From the IMG/VR virus record IMGVR_UViG_3300017814_000184: a DNA stretch of 21,351 nt, one strand, 5' to 3'. The notes under the pieces were generated by a model that saw only the letters and a program-made list of their open reading frames with translations, was not told the origin of the DNA and searched no databases. Shown in pieces: positions 1 through 9,433 of this stretch. Each line of letters opens with the position of its first letter. Position 1 is the first letter of the stretch. The position numbers and the translations under genes are program-made. Source of the DNA: a virus.

Positions 1-1073
1 GCGTTTTTGATGGAGTCCACCGTAGCCTTGAGGGCTTCGTCCATCGTGAGGCCGTCTGCCGTGGCGTTCTTCAGCGCCTTTTTCAGACCGGCCATAGCGG
101 TGGAGGCATCCACGCCGTTAGCTTCCAGTTGCGCCAGGAGGTTGACAGACTGCGCAGCGTTCAGCCCCATTTCCTTCAGCGTGGAGCCGTTTGTCATAAG
201 GCTGGTTTGCAGGGTGTCCACGCTGATTCCCGTGGCCTGTGCCTGTTTGGTCATAAGCCCCAGCAGCCCGGAGGCATCTTCAGTCTGCAAGCCAAATGCC
301 GCCATGATTTTGGCGGTGTTGTCGATGGAGGTGTTCAGATCGGTGCCGTTGATTTCGGCGAACTGGATGAACTCACGGGACATATCTTCCAGGGCTTGCC
401 CGGTCAGCGCAAACTTGGTGTTCACCTCACCAATGGCGGTGGAAACGGAATCCATGTCCGTGGGCATGGAGCCGAACACATTGTCGGCGCTGTCGCACAG
501 GCTTTTCAGAGCCTCTCCGGTGGCGCCTGTTTTCATGATGATGGTGTCGTAGCCGCTGTCCACCTCATTAAAGGCAGCTACAGAAGCGGCTCCCACCGCC
601 AAGATGGGAGCCGTTACATTGGTGCTGAGTGTGGTGCCGACACCGGAAATCTTGTCGCCGACCTCGGAAATCTTGGAGCCAGCTTCCTTGAGCGTTGCCT
701 GGATTGCACTGTCTGTATCCTTGGCGGCTTGCTCCAAATTTTTGAGTTCATTTTCGGTTTCGATGATCTCCCGCTGCCACGCATCATACTGCTCCTGGGT
801 GATGTCGCCGTTTTTGAGGGCTTTGTCCAAATCCTCCTGCGCGCCCTTGAGGGCGGTCAGCTTGTCCTTGGTTTCGGAGATGGACTGTGCCAGCAGCTTT
901 TGCTTTTGGGCGATGAGTTCTGTGTTAGTGGGGTCCAGCTTGAGGAGTTTTTCCACATCTTTCAGCTGGGCCTGCGTGGTTTTGATCTCCTTGTTTACAT
1001 CGTTGAGGGCTTTGGTAAGGCCGGTGGTATCGCCGCCGATCTCGACCGTGATGCCCTTGATTCTGTTCGCCAC
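1..1073 (-). CDS. Phage tail tape measure protein, N-terminal part (runs off window)
   Basis: Not in ORF track (no stop in window). GTG at 1073 after AAGGAGGT RBS; reads MANRIKGITVEIGGDTTGLTKALNDVNKEIKTTQAQLKDVEKLLKLDPTNTELIAQKQKLL, a typical Bacillota siphophage TMP N-terminus; follows tail chaperones. Confidence 0.9.
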   Translation of the reverse strand, partial: MANRIKGITVEIGGDTTGLTKALNDVNKEIKTTQAQLKDVEKLLKLDPTNTELIAQKQKLLAQSISETKDKLTALKGAQEDLDKALKNGDITQEQYDAWQREIIETENELKNLEQAAKDTDSAIQATLKEAGSKISEVGDKISGVGTTLSTNVTAPILAVGAASVAAFNEVDSGYDTIIMKTGATGEALKSLCDSADNVFGSMPTDMDSVSTAIGEVNTKFALTGQALEDMSREFIQFAEINGTDLNTSIDNTAKIMAAFGLQTEDASGLLGLMTKQAQATGISVDTLQTSLMTNGSTLKEMGLNAAQSVNLLAQLEANGVDASTAMAGLKKALKNATADGLTMDEALKATVDSIKN

Positions 1074-1088
1074 GCTTGCACCACCTCC

Positions 1089-1253
1089 TTAGAATCGGTC
1101 AAAATCGTCCTGCGTAGCCAGTTGCGGGTACTTGTAGCTGTCGTTGCTGCTTTCTGCGTACATATCATTCACAAGGCCGATGGAGAGCAAATCCAAATCA
1201 CGGATGGAGATGCCCAACTGCACACAGCGCAGCAAAAACAGCGGGGTCGTCAT
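1089..1253 (-). CDS. Tail assembly chaperone second ORF (gpT-like; probably expressed as a -1 frameshift fusion)
   Basis: 54-aa ORF MTTPLFLLRCVQLGISIRDLDLLSIGLVNDMYAESSNDSYKYPQLATQDDFDRF between chaperone and TMP; lies in the -1 frame of the upstream gene and is open back to the A8 run at 1275-1282. Confidence 0.8.
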   Translation of the reverse strand: MTTPLFLLRCVQLGISIRDLDLLSIGLVNDMYAESSNDSYKYPQLATQDDFDRF

Positions 1254-1630
1254 TTCCCGCTCACTCGTGCGAAGTTTTTTTTAGACTCAATATCCGACTG
1301 GATGTTAAGACCCCACAGCTTGATGATTTCCGGGAGGATTTGGTAGATGGAGAAGGTGGAGAACTCGTCCAGCCATTCCTCCGGGGAGTCCGGCACCTCA
1401 TCGGGCTTGGCGTGTTTCGCCATGATGAAGGCAATGTTCTCGAACATCTCCAAGGAGAACATATCGAGGTTGGACTCCTGCTCATCGGCGCTGCCTACGG
1501 TCTTTTCCAGGGCACGCAAATCCTTGTAGATGTCGCGCTGGAACTTCATGCGGTAGATACGGGGAATGGCGGCGCTCGCCTTGAACGCCACCTGTTTCCC
1601 GTCAATCTCCAGGGTTTTGGTCATGCTCAT
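1250..1630 (-). CDS. Tail assembly chaperone (gpG-like)
   Basis: 126 aa between major tail and TMP genes; ends ...ESKKNFARVSGK over a slippery A8 run. Confidence 0.8.
   Translation of the reverse strand: MSMTKTLEIDGKQVAFKASAAIPRIYRMKFQRDIYKDLRALEKTVGSADEQESNLDMFSLEMFENIAFIMAKHAKPDEVPDSPEEWLDEFSTFSIYQILPEIIKLWGLNIQSDIESKKNFARVSGK
1274..1283 (-). other. Programmed -1 ribosomal frameshift site (A AAA AAC)
   Basis: mRNA TCT AAA AAA AAC TTC contains an X XXY YYZ heptamer; the -1 frame continues KLRTSEREMTTPLF... to 1089. Confidence 0.75.
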
Positions 1631-1646
1631 AATCCTTTACCTCCGA

Positions 1647-2288
1647 TTAAGTCGTGGACTTCGTAGTGGTGGTCGCTGCCGCTTTGGCAGGAGCCGCCAC
1701 AGCCTGGGCGGCAGCTTCCTCAACAGCGGCCGGCAGATACACCGCCTTGTACCAGTTGGCGTAGGTGGCGGCATCCGTGGCATCGCCAGTCTTGGCCTTG
1801 ACCATACCGCTTGCCAGCGGGGTCGCCTTGATGGTGAGGGTTTCCGTCTGGACTTCCTTGCTGTCCTCGTTGGTCTTGCCCTCGATTTTGGGGCGAGAGG
1901 CAGAGCAGTTATAAAGGGCGTGACGGATATGCTTCTGGTCGCCATCGAACTCAAAGAGCAGGGCGAAAGAAGCCAGTTCCACATCGGCGTTTTCGATGAG
2001 GACACCCTTGGCATCCAGCGCCTCTTTCAGCACCTGGGTGCGGAAGGACTCCGGGATCATCGCCAGTTCCAGGTCACCGTTGTAGCCCATGTTGTTGTTG
2101 ATGACGTAGTAGGCCACGCCATCAGCATAGAAGTTTTCCGGCTCACCGTTGGCATCCAGGGAGATGGAAACGGAACCGGGCATCGGCGTGGGGGTGCCAA
2201 AAGACACCGTGCCATCCTCCGCAATGGTGAGGAGCGCATAGTGCGCGTTCTTCAGATTGAATTTGACCTTGTTGTTTTTATCAGCCAT
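1647..2288 (-). CDS. Major tail protein (phi13 family-like)
   Basis: N-terminal KVKFNLKNAHYA, FYADGVAYY and GYNGDLELA motifs; position after tail completion gene. Confidence 0.88.
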   Translation of the reverse strand: MADKNNKVKFNLKNAHYALLTIAEDGTVSFGTPTPMPGSVSISLDANGEPENFYADGVAYYVINNNMGYNGDLELAMIPESFRTQVLKEALDAKGVLIENADVELASFALLFEFDGDQKHIRHALYNCSASRPKIEGKTNEDSKEVQTETLTIKATPLASGMVKAKTGDATDAATYANWYKAVYLPAAVEEAAAQAVAAPAKAAATTTTKSTT

Positions 2289-2291
2289 GAT

Positions 2292-2609
2292 TCAGACCTC
2301 CAATTCATAAAGCACCTCGTACAGATGCTCACTGGCAATCCATACTTCGCTTTTGGTGTAGTAAAGTTCGTGTCGGGTAAGCACCGCTTCGATGCGGGCC
2401 TCCAAATCCAGGTCTTTGATATCCGTGTACAGTTCGATATTCAGCTGATTGGAACTGAAATAGACCAAACCGTCTGCGGCAAAATTATCGGTACCCGGAT
2501 AGAGAAAGCAAAGAAACGGAGGGTCTGGGGATTCGCCCTCCGCAAAATGGTCATAGGCAGATGGCAGACCCATTTCGGTCACCATTGCCAGCACTTCATC
2601 GTGGTTCAT
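2292..2609 (-). CDS. Tail completion/terminator protein
   Basis: 105 aa with PPFL..., NFAADG..Y and IELYT motifs; synteny between gp10-like gene and major tail gene. Confidence 0.7.
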   Translation of the reverse strand: MNHDEVLAMVTEMGLPSAYDHFAEGESPDPPFLCFLYPGTDNFAADGLVYFSSNQLNIELYTDIKDLDLEARIEAVLTRHELYYTKSEVWIASEHLYEVLYELEV

Positions 2610-2986
2610 CCGGACAGACCCTCCTCGATTTTCTTTTCCAGTTCACTCACGCCTTTCTCCTCGGCGGGAGCAATATGGGGAATCGCTGCCACTCTGCCGC
2701 CGCCCCGCTTGGCGTGACCGTGTTCCAGAAGGTGTGCGATTTGGTAGCGGGTTGCGGAGTGGACGACCATCGTCAGCTTGGTGGAGGTTTCCTCGGTCGC
2801 TTTGGCGCGCCAGCTTTTCTTGTACTTGCCAGTTGCCACAGGTGCGGTCGCCTCGATTTCTTTCTTGACGGTTTTGGCGGAGTCCTTCACGGCATCTTTG
2901 AGGGCATCGGTAGCCACGGAGGCGTACTTTTCCATCTCATCCATGATGGCATCTGCCATATCGCCAATCTGCACAACCTGTGCCAT
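2606..2986 (-). CDS. HK97 gp10-like neck/tail component
   Basis: APVATGKYKKSW and AHLLEHGH...GGRV...PHIAPA motifs; start at 2986 chosen from the GAGGTG RBS. Confidence 0.8.
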   Translation of the reverse strand: MAQVVQIGDMADAIMDEMEKYASVATDALKDAVKDSAKTVKKEIEATAPVATGKYKKSWRAKATEETSTKLTMVVHSATRYQIAHLLEHGHAKRGGGRVAAIPHIAPAEEKGVSELEKKIEEGLSG

Positions 2987-2991
2987 GCGCA

Positions 2992-3324
2992 TCACCTCTT
3001 TCGCAGGGTAGCTTTGAACTTCAAGCTGTTGTTCTTAAAGCCCATCGGGTCAACATAGGAAATATCGTAAATCCGGCCCCGGAACAGAATCCGGTAGCCG
3101 GAGGAGGAAACGACAGACAGTTCGCTGCAATAGCGCACTGTGAAGTCCAGGTTCTCGGTCTCGTTGACGGTTCCAGCTTCTTCACCCTCACCGCCGCTGG
3201 CGCCACTGACCGTGGCATAGCACGAAAAATAGTCCTCCCAGCGGTTGATGTGGTTGCCGACCTTATCGACCGTGACCGTGTTTTTCTGGACTGTGATACG
3301 GCTGTTCAGCGCGGCAATGTCCAT
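2992..3324 (-). CDS. Head closure / head-tail adaptor (SPP1 gp16-like)
   Basis: LNSRITVQ...FTVRY...RILFRGRIYDI pattern; synteny. Confidence 0.82.
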   Translation of the reverse strand: MDIAALNSRITVQKNTVTVDKVGNHINRWEDYFSCYATVSGASGGEGEEAGTVNETENLDFTVRYCSELSVVSSSGYRILFRGRIYDISYVDPMGFKNNSLKFKATLRKR

Positions 3325-3599
3325 CAGAACACCTCCCGGCGAACGCCAAAGAGCAAGGAGCGGAGCATGGTCACCAACTCGTGGTGGTCAGCTTCCTCCC
3401 GGTGTTCGTAAAGATACGCCACCGCATACAGCACAGCGATTCGGGTGGACGCGGCTTCCTCGGTCAGAACCTTGCTGTCCACACGCGCCACATCCATGCA
3501 GAGCCGTTCAGCCGTTTCAATCAGCCTGGTGATGAACGAGTCCTCATCGGCAGAATCCACGCGCAGATACAGCTTGGCTTCTTCCAGGGTAATCAGCAC
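3324..3599 (-). CDS. Head-tail connector (HK97 gp6-like)
   Basis: Likely start is GTG at 3599 after GAGGAGG; ITLEEAKLYLRVD...ED..I..LI..A and AVLYAVAYLYEHRE motifs. The 3324..4001 ORF is over-extended. Confidence 0.87.
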   Translation of the reverse strand: MLITLEEAKLYLRVDSADEDSFITRLIETAERLCMDVARVDSKVLTEEAASTRIAVLYAVAYLYEHREEADHHELVTMLRSLLFGVRREVF

Positions 3600-3614
3600 A
3601 AAGCCCACCTCCTC

Positions 3615-3655
3615 AAAAAAGATGGTGACCCACCAGCCAATGCCAGTGGGCCACC
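3615..3655 (-). terminator. Intrinsic terminator-like hairpin after capsid gene
   Basis: mRNA GGUGGCCCACUGGC-AUUG-GCUGGUGGGUCACC followed by AUCUUUUUU. Confidence 0.6.
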
Positions 3656-3661
3656 GCAGAA

Positions 3662-4849
3662 TTACGCCTTCAGAGTCATGGTCTTGACCGCTTCGGGCAG
3701 GATCAGCTTGCCATCCACACGCTGGGAAGCGAGGAAACCGACCTGGCCGTTGGGAGCGTACAGTTCGTTCAGGCGCTTGAAGCTGCGGCCCTGGCGGTCT
3801 GCGATCCAGTAGTAACTCATGTCGCCGAACGCCATGACCTTGTTGCCAGCGGTCATATCGGGAATGAAGTTGCTGGTGTAGTAGGGGCGGTTCAGAATCA
3901 TGTCCGGCTGACCGACCTGGACGGAGGGCTGCCAGATATAATTGCCGTTGCCGTCCTTCAGCTTGCGCAGAGCCTTGACGGTGGTGTCGTTCAGCAGCCA
4001 CACAGCCTTGTGGCGGTACGGAGAACGCAGGGAGTGGTACAGGTCCATGACATCATCGAAGGTGATGTTGGCGCCAGTGGTGACCAGACCCTCCTGGGCG
4101 CTGTTGAACAGGCCGGTGGGCTTGTTGGTGCCATCGCCCACAAAGAACGCTTCCTCTTCCTTGGTGCCAATGCGGCGCGCAAACTCGGAGGCGATGTAGC
4201 TTTCCACATCGAACACGCTGTCGTTGAGCAGCTCATCGGAAACCTTGATAGCGGTACCCAGCTTGTAGGCACCGATGGTAATCTGACCGAAGTTGTCATC
4301 GCTGTCGGGATACAGACCGCCCTCCTCCATCCAGGCAGCTTCACCGTGGCCGGTGACGATAGGGATTTTGCGCTCACCGCTGGCGGTCTGGATGACGGTA
4401 GCCAGGGAGCGGAAGAAGTTCTCCTCCTTCAGAGCATCCACCAGCTTGCGCTCGTACTCGTCCGGCACCAGGTAGCCACCCTCAGAGTCCGTGCCGATGC
4501 TCAGAGTGTTCTTCACATCAAAGAAGTTGCGGCGGCGAATGCTGTCCCAGAACGCCTGCTTGTAGGCATCGGAGGCGCGGCCAGTTTTCTGCGTATCCGC
4601 AGGGGTGATACCGGGCTGATTGGTGATGGGGTTAGAGGTCGGGCGAGCCAGTTCGGCATCCAGGGTGGCCTGCTTCTCCAGGCGGTCGATCTCCTTGCCG
4701 AGCGCCACGACCTCGGCTTCCATCTTGTCGTAGACGGCAGTATCTTCAGCGGAAACGATACCCTTGTCATCACGTTTGGTGTCCAGGAACTTCTTGGCGG
4801 CTTCCCAGGCGTTGGCGCGCTTCTCGCGCAGTTCCAAAATCTTGTTCAT
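3662..4849 (-). CDS. Major capsid protein, HK97 family
   Basis: N-terminal coiled-coil scaffold (delta) domain, GGYLVPDE, LKDGNGNYIWQP and FGDMSYY motifs; follows portal and protease. Confidence 0.95.
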   Translation of the reverse strand: MNKILELREKRANAWEAAKKFLDTKRDDKGIVSAEDTAVYDKMEAEVVALGKEIDRLEKQATLDAELARPTSNPITNQPGITPADTQKTGRASDAYKQAFWDSIRRRNFFDVKNTLSIGTDSEGGYLVPDEYERKLVDALKEENFFRSLATVIQTASGERKIPIVTGHGEAAWMEEGGLYPDSDDNFGQITIGAYKLGTAIKVSDELLNDSVFDVESYIASEFARRIGTKEEEAFFVGDGTNKPTGLFNSAQEGLVTTGANITFDDVMDLYHSLRSPYRHKAVWLLNDTTVKALRKLKDGNGNYIWQPSVQVGQPDMILNRPYYTSNFIPDMTAGNKVMAFGDMSYYWIADRQGRSFKRLNELYAPNGQVGFLASQRVDGKLILPEAVKTMTLKA

Positions 4850-4866
4850 AGTAAAATCCTCCTTGT

Positions 4867-5571
4867 TTAGTGAGCGATGATGCTCAGTCGTTTTTCGAGT
4901 TGGTCGGCGGGTGTACCGGGTGCGGCCGGTTTCGGGGGCATCAGTTTGGAGAGCAGCGAGTTCCTCACAGCTGCGCGGGAGAACATCATGGCGGGGAGAA
5001 CCTCCTCGTCCTGCTGTTCCGGGGTGGGGTCAGCGAAAAGGACTTTATCTGCAAAGCCCAGTTCCACCGCCTTGGTGGCGTTGAACCAGGACTCGGCATC
5101 CATGAGGTGAGAAATCTTCGAGCGGGACATCCCGGTCTTGATCTCGTAGGCGTTCATGATGGACTCCTTGACCTCGTCCAGCATAGAAATGGCTTTCTGC
5201 ATTTCCGCAGAATCACCGATTGCCACCGTGGCGGGGTTGTGGATCATCATCATGGCTACCGGGGACATCTGCACTTCCGTGCCAGCCATTGCGATGACCG
5301 AAGCGGCAGAAGCCGCAAGGCCGTCAATCTTGACCGTCACATTGTGCGGGTAATCCATCAGCATATTGTAGATTTGGGCAGCGGCGAAGCAGTCGCCGCC
5401 GGGGCTGTTGATCCACACGGAGATGTCGCCCTGGCACTGCTGCAGTTCTTTCTGAAACAGCTTCGGGGTCACTTCATCGCCGAACCAGGTCTCATCGGAA
5501 ATCTCGCCGTTGAGAACCAGGACGGACGGTTCACCTTCGTTGCGGACCCAATTCCAGAATTTTCGTTTCAT
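4867..5571 (-). CDS. ClpP-like prohead maturation protease
   Basis: INSPGGD, DGLAASAASVIAMAG and MMIHNP motifs of S14 peptidases. Confidence 0.93.
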   Translation of the reverse strand: MKRKFWNWVRNEGEPSVLVLNGEISDETWFGDEVTPKLFQKELQQCQGDISVWINSPGGDCFAAAQIYNMLMDYPHNVTVKIDGLAASAASVIAMAGTEVQMSPVAMMMIHNPATVAIGDSAEMQKAISMLDEVKESIMNAYEIKTGMSRSKISHLMDAESWFNATKAVELGFADKVLFADPTPEQQDEEVLPAMMFSRAAVRNSLLSKLMPPKPAAPGTPADQLEKRLSIIAH

Positions 5572-6848
5572 TGAGTACCTCCTGTGTCTGTGTTTTCTTC
5601 GGGTGCCGGAGCCTGTCCGGCGAAAATGCCAGCATCGGCCAGCTTGGTCATGTTGCCGTTGATGAGGTACAGGTCGCCGCCCTCCTCCGGGGGAATGGGG
5701 TTCAAATCTTCCATCTCACGGATGTCGTTGGCGCTCATCCAGCCGTTTTGTCTTGCGGTAGCGTAGCCCGTCATGCGGCTTTGGTAGTCGCCACGGAGCA
5801 GACCGTCCACATTCAGCTTGATGAAATACTGCTTTTTCTCGTCCGGCAGGAGCAGCGACCGGGACAAAGCCTGTTCCCAGCGGATGACCCAGGGGTCGAG
5901 GGTGTATTTCACGAACTCAAGGGACTGCTGCTCAATGTTGGAGAAGCTGGACTTTTCCAGGTCACCGACCATGTGCGGCGGGATGCGGTACAGCCGCGCA
6001 ATCTCGTTGATTTGGAATTTACGGGTTTCGAGGAACTGCGCCTCCTCCGGGGGAATACCGATCTGCTGGTACTTCATGCCTTCCTCAAGGACAGCGACCT
6101 TGTGGGCGTTGTTAGTGCCTTGGTAGATGCTGTTCCAGGAGTCGCGCACCTTGCCGGGGTCTTTCAAAACGCCAGGGTGTTCAAGCACACCGCCGGGGTT
6201 GGCGCCGTTGGCAAAGAAGCTGGCTCCGTACTCCTCACAGGCAATGGTCATGCCCACGGCGTTTCGTGCCATCGCAATGGGCGAGTAGCCCAGCAGGCCA
6301 TCAAAGCCAAGGCCGGGAATATGAAGCACATCTTCCCGGCGCAGTGTGACCGTGCCGTATTGCTTGAAGTTGGGGTTTTCATCCGAGGTGCGCGTGTAGG
6401 TGTAGTAGAGTTCGCCGCTGGTGTCCCGGTAGACGGTCATTTTATTGGGGAGCAGCGGGTAAAGCGCAACGACCCGCCCGGCTCCGTCACGAATGATCTG
6501 TGCATAGGCATTGCCCCAAATGAGCAAATGGCTCATGAGCGTTTCCCGGAACACAAAGGAAGTCATCTCGCTGTTCGGCTCGTCATGGAGGAGGTGGTAC
6601 AGCGGATGGTCAAACACCCGCTCCTTGCCAGCGCCCTTGTATCGGTAAATGTGAAGCGGCAAGGAAGCGATGGCTTCTGACAGGATGCGGACACAGCTAT
6701 AAACCGCTGTGGTCTGCATGGCAGTAAACTCATTCACGCTCTTGCCGCTTGTGGTTGGCCCGAATAAAAAGGTGTGGTCGGAGCCTGTGTAGTAGTTGGT
6801 GGGCTTATCCCGCGCTTTACCGAAGCGGGACAGAATGGGGATTTTCAT
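5568..6848 (-). CDS. Portal protein, HK97 family
   Basis: TAVYSCVRILSEAIASLP, LIWGNAYA and EIARLYRIPPHMVG motifs; start MKIP at 6848 after GGAGG. Confidence 0.95.
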   Translation of the reverse strand: MKIPILSRFGKARDKPTNYYTGSDHTFLFGPTTSGKSVNEFTAMQTTAVYSCVRILSEAIASLPLHIYRYKGAGKERVFDHPLYHLLHDEPNSEMTSFVFRETLMSHLLIWGNAYAQIIRDGAGRVVALYPLLPNKMTVYRDTSGELYYTYTRTSDENPNFKQYGTVTLRREDVLHIPGLGFDGLLGYSPIAMARNAVGMTIACEEYGASFFANGANPGGVLEHPGVLKDPGKVRDSWNSIYQGTNNAHKVAVLEEGMKYQQIGIPPEEAQFLETRKFQINEIARLYRIPPHMVGDLEKSSFSNIEQQSLEFVKYTLDPWVIRWEQALSRSLLLPDEKKQYFIKLNVDGLLRGDYQSRMTGYATARQNGWMSANDIREMEDLNPIPPEEGGDLYLINGNMTKLADAGIFAGQAPAPEENTDTGGTQ

Positions 6849-6874
6849 ATCGTTACCTCCTGCAAAATGGCATG

Positions 6875-6906
6875 AAAAAAGCACCCGCCCGAAAATAGGT
6901 GGATGC
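6875..6906 (-). terminator. Terminator-like hairpin between terL and portal
   Basis: mRNA GCAUCCACCU-AUUUUC-GGGCGGGUGC (one mismatch) followed by U6. Confidence 0.45.
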
Positions 6907-6910
6907 AGGA

Positions 6911-8503
6911 TCAGAAAACGAGGATGCCGCGCTCATCGTAAACGCTGGTGGTATCGCCGCCGTTGCGAATGCAGCGGTCAAGCCCCATGATGAGAGCCAC
7001 AATGCCATCAATCTTCTCCACGGATTTTGCCTTGGTGGGCTTGATGTTACCCGCCGGGTCTTGCTCCATGACGATGTTCTGCGCCATCCACTTGAGGACG
7101 GGGTTGCCACCGTGGTTGATGTTGCCCTCCATGAGCAGCTTGTACAATTCCTTGGACGGCGGGGACATATCCTTGAATCCCTGCCCGAAGGGAACCATCG
7201 TGAAGCCCATGTCCTCAAGGTTCTGCACCATCTGTGTGGCATTCCAGCGGTCATAGGCAATTTCTTTGATGTGGTAGGTTTCGCCGAGGTGTTCTATGAA
7301 CTTCTCAATGAAACCGTAGTGGATCACATTGCCCTCGGTGGTTTGGATGAAGCCCTGCTTCTCCCACACATCGTAAAGCACATGGTCGCGGCGGCACCGC
7401 AGCTCCAGCGTTTCCTCCGGGAGCCAAAAGAACGGAAGCACGATGTACTTCTCATCTTCTGCCCTGGGCGGGAACACCAGCACCAGCGCCGTAATATCGG
7501 AAGTGGAGGAAAGGTCGAGCCCTGCGTAACAGTCCCGACCTGCCAGCGAAGGAATATCAATGGGGAGATTGCCCCGCTCGTAGATATGCTCCGGTATCCA
7601 TACCACGGTAGAGTTCGTCCAAATATTCAAACGAAGCTGTTTGAACACATTTTCCTCTGCGGGGTTTTCCAGGGCATTCTTGTAGGCTTCTCGGACACGG
7701 TCAATGGCAATGGTGTGTCCCAGGGAGGGGTTGGCTTTGTACCAGTTGGCTTCGTCATTCCAGTCATCGGCATCGGTCAGCCCATAGACCACTGGGTAGA
7801 AAGACACATCCTTTTTTCGACCCGCCGTGATGTCCAGCGCCTTGGTGTGGAGTTCATAGCAGATGGACTGCTTATCCGTGCCAGCTGTGGTGATGATGAA
7901 AAACAGCGGTTGCTCACGGGCATCGCCAGAGCCTTTGGTAAGGACATCGTACAGCTTGCGGTTCGGCTGGGCGTGGATCTCATCAAACACCAAACCGGAC
8001 ACATTCAAGCCATGCTTGGTGCCTGTTTCGGCAGAAAGCACCTGGTAGAACCCGGCGTTGGAGTAGTTAACGATGCGCTTGGTGGCTGCGGTGATCTTCG
8101 ACCGCTTGCACAGTGCCGGGGACATCTGCACCATCTGCTTGGCAACATCGAAAACGATGGATGCCTGGTTCCGGTCGCAAGCTGCGCCGTAGACTTCGGC
8201 GCTGGCCTCGCCATCGGCGTACAGAAGATATAGCGCAATCGCCGCAGCCAATTCCGACTTGCCCTGTTTCTTGGGGATTTCCACATAGGCGGTGAGGAAC
8301 TGGCGCTTGCCATCGGCTTTTACGATGCCGAAGATGTCACGGATGATTTGCTCCTGCCAGGGCAAAAGCAAAAACCGCTTGCCAGCCCATTTGCCTTTGG
8401 TGTGGCAGAGGTTTTGGATAAAGGCGACCGCTCGGTCTGCCTTGGCTTTGTCGTAACGGGAGGTGGGCAGCATAAAGGGCGAAGGGGTGTACTGATATGC
8501 CAT
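6911..8503 (-). CDS. terL: Terminase large subunit
   Basis: LLPWQ adenine-binding motif, Walker A IPKKQGKS, Walker B VFDEIH, nuclease GLDLS and KIDG motifs. Confidence 0.96.
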   Translation of the reverse strand: MAYQYTPSPFMLPTSRYDKAKADRAVAFIQNLCHTKGKWAGKRFLLLPWQEQIIRDIFGIVKADGKRQFLTAYVEIPKKQGKSELAAAIALYLLYADGEASAEVYGAACDRNQASIVFDVAKQMVQMSPALCKRSKITAATKRIVNYSNAGFYQVLSAETGTKHGLNVSGLVFDEIHAQPNRKLYDVLTKGSGDAREQPLFFIITTAGTDKQSICYELHTKALDITAGRKKDVSFYPVVYGLTDADDWNDEANWYKANPSLGHTIAIDRVREAYKNALENPAEENVFKQLRLNIWTNSTVVWIPEHIYERGNLPIDIPSLAGRDCYAGLDLSSTSDITALVLVFPPRAEDEKYIVLPFFWLPEETLELRCRRDHVLYDVWEKQGFIQTTEGNVIHYGFIEKFIEHLGETYHIKEIAYDRWNATQMVQNLEDMGFTMVPFGQGFKDMSPPSKELYKLLMEGNINHGGNPVLKWMAQNIVMEQDPAGNIKPTKAKSVEKIDGIVALIMGLDRCIRNGGDTTSVYDERGILVF

Positions 8504-8979
8504 TATCCATCCTCACCACCCAGCAACCGCTCCATCTCATCTGTGGGGTCGGGCACACCATCACCTCCAATGATGCGGCTCCGGGCAGACGGGGTCAGAC
8601 CGAACTGCTCACAGAACTTCAGCATGATTTTCAGATTGGTCTGGGCGATGCTGACTTGCGGTACCTGTTGCAGATAGCCATTGGGCGTTCGCACCATCGT
8701 GCCGTGCTGGGTGATGAACTCCTCCGCTTCCTTCCACCGTGCGTAAGCCTGGCAGTACCCGGCGAAAGCAGCCATATCCATTTCGGTGAGAAGCCCCATC
8801 TGCTCCAACACCTTGCCCATGCGCTTCCACTCTTTCTTGGCTTCGTCCTCCAGCCACCCAGGGCAGCGGGGCGCTTTCTTTGCGGGTTGCGGCTCATTGG
8901 GATTCAGCGGCCGACCGCCGGGGTTGCCTTCCAGCACTTTGAGCGCGGTCGGCTTGGGTTTTCTTCCTCTCTGCGCCAT
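8503..8979 (-). CDS. terS: Terminase small subunit, P27 family
   Basis: RGRKPKPTALKVLEGNPG and FGLTPSARSRI motifs; ATG at 8979 after AGGAGG. Confidence 0.93.
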   Translation of the reverse strand: MAQRGRKPKPTALKVLEGNPGGRPLNPNEPQPAKKAPRCPGWLEDEAKKEWKRMGKVLEQMGLLTEMDMAAFAGYCQAYARWKEAEEFITQHGTMVRTPNGYLQQVPQVSIAQTNLKIMLKFCEQFGLTPSARSRIIGGDGVPDPTDEMERLLGGEDG

Positions 8980-9012
8980 ACATCCCACCTCCTCTCATCG
9001 AAAAATGGCAAC

Positions 9013-9035
9013 AAAAAAAGACCTCGAAAGGTCTT
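9013..9035 (-). terminator. Intrinsic terminator closing the cargo region upstream of terS
   Basis: mRNA AAGACCU-UUCG-AGGUCUU followed by a U-run. Confidence 0.7.
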
Positions 9036-9083
9036 GTGTACGAGAAACAGCCCCTTGCATGGGGCCGCTTCTGCGGTGTGTGT

Positions 9084-9308
9084 TTAGTTGTACTCGTGGA
9101 TCAGGATGTCCCGCGCCAGTTCGGTGTCCGGGTCGGAGGCTTCAATGTCCCAGCCTCTGTCGTAGTTGAGGACGATTTTGCCGTCCCGCTTGAGCATCAT
9201 CTTGGAAATGCGCCCTTCCTCGATGCCGAACTGTGAGCCTTCCTCGTAGTGCTTGATCCAATAATGAAAAATGCTGTTGTAAACCTTCAAGCTGCCTTCT
9301 GTCCACAT
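9084..9308 (-). CDS. Conserved small phage hypothetical protein (74 aa)
   Basis: GGAGG RBS; S.FGI..GRISK and YDRGWD motifs that I recognise from Bacillota prophage cargo; has its own copy of the repeated upstream element. Confidence 0.75.
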   Translation of the reverse strand: MWTEGSLKVYNSIFHYWIKHYEEGSQFGIEEGRISKMMLKRDGKIVLNYDRGWDIEASDPDTELARDILIHEYN

Positions 9309-9332
9309 AACCTTTTCCTCCGTTTGTTTGTT

Positions 9333-9409
9333 GTTTTCCCTTTCGGTAGGTACATATTCGCTCTAAAACGACTATTTATCCAGTCATTTCGGGGGAATAT
9401 AGTACACAA
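9333..9409 (-). repeat. Conserved promoter-like element, copy 1
   Basis: 65/77 nt identical without gaps to 11461-11537; directly upstream of 9084..9308. Confidence 0.85.
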
Positions 9410-9433
9410 ACATCAAGGGAAAAATCTGGTGGA

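Noticed and set aside
3600-4001. N-terminal extension of the 3324..4001 ORF suggesting a capsid-connector frameshift fusion
   Set aside because: A strong RBS and GTG at 3599 explain the gene; the extension crosses a terminator hairpin and I saw no slippery site.
7-8233. Long plus-strand ORFs (e.g. 129..1346, 1566..2717, 4010..4870, 5571..6680, 6899..8233)
   Set aside because: Antisense shadows of well-supported minus-strand genes, expected from GC-rich codon bias; no recognisable motifs.
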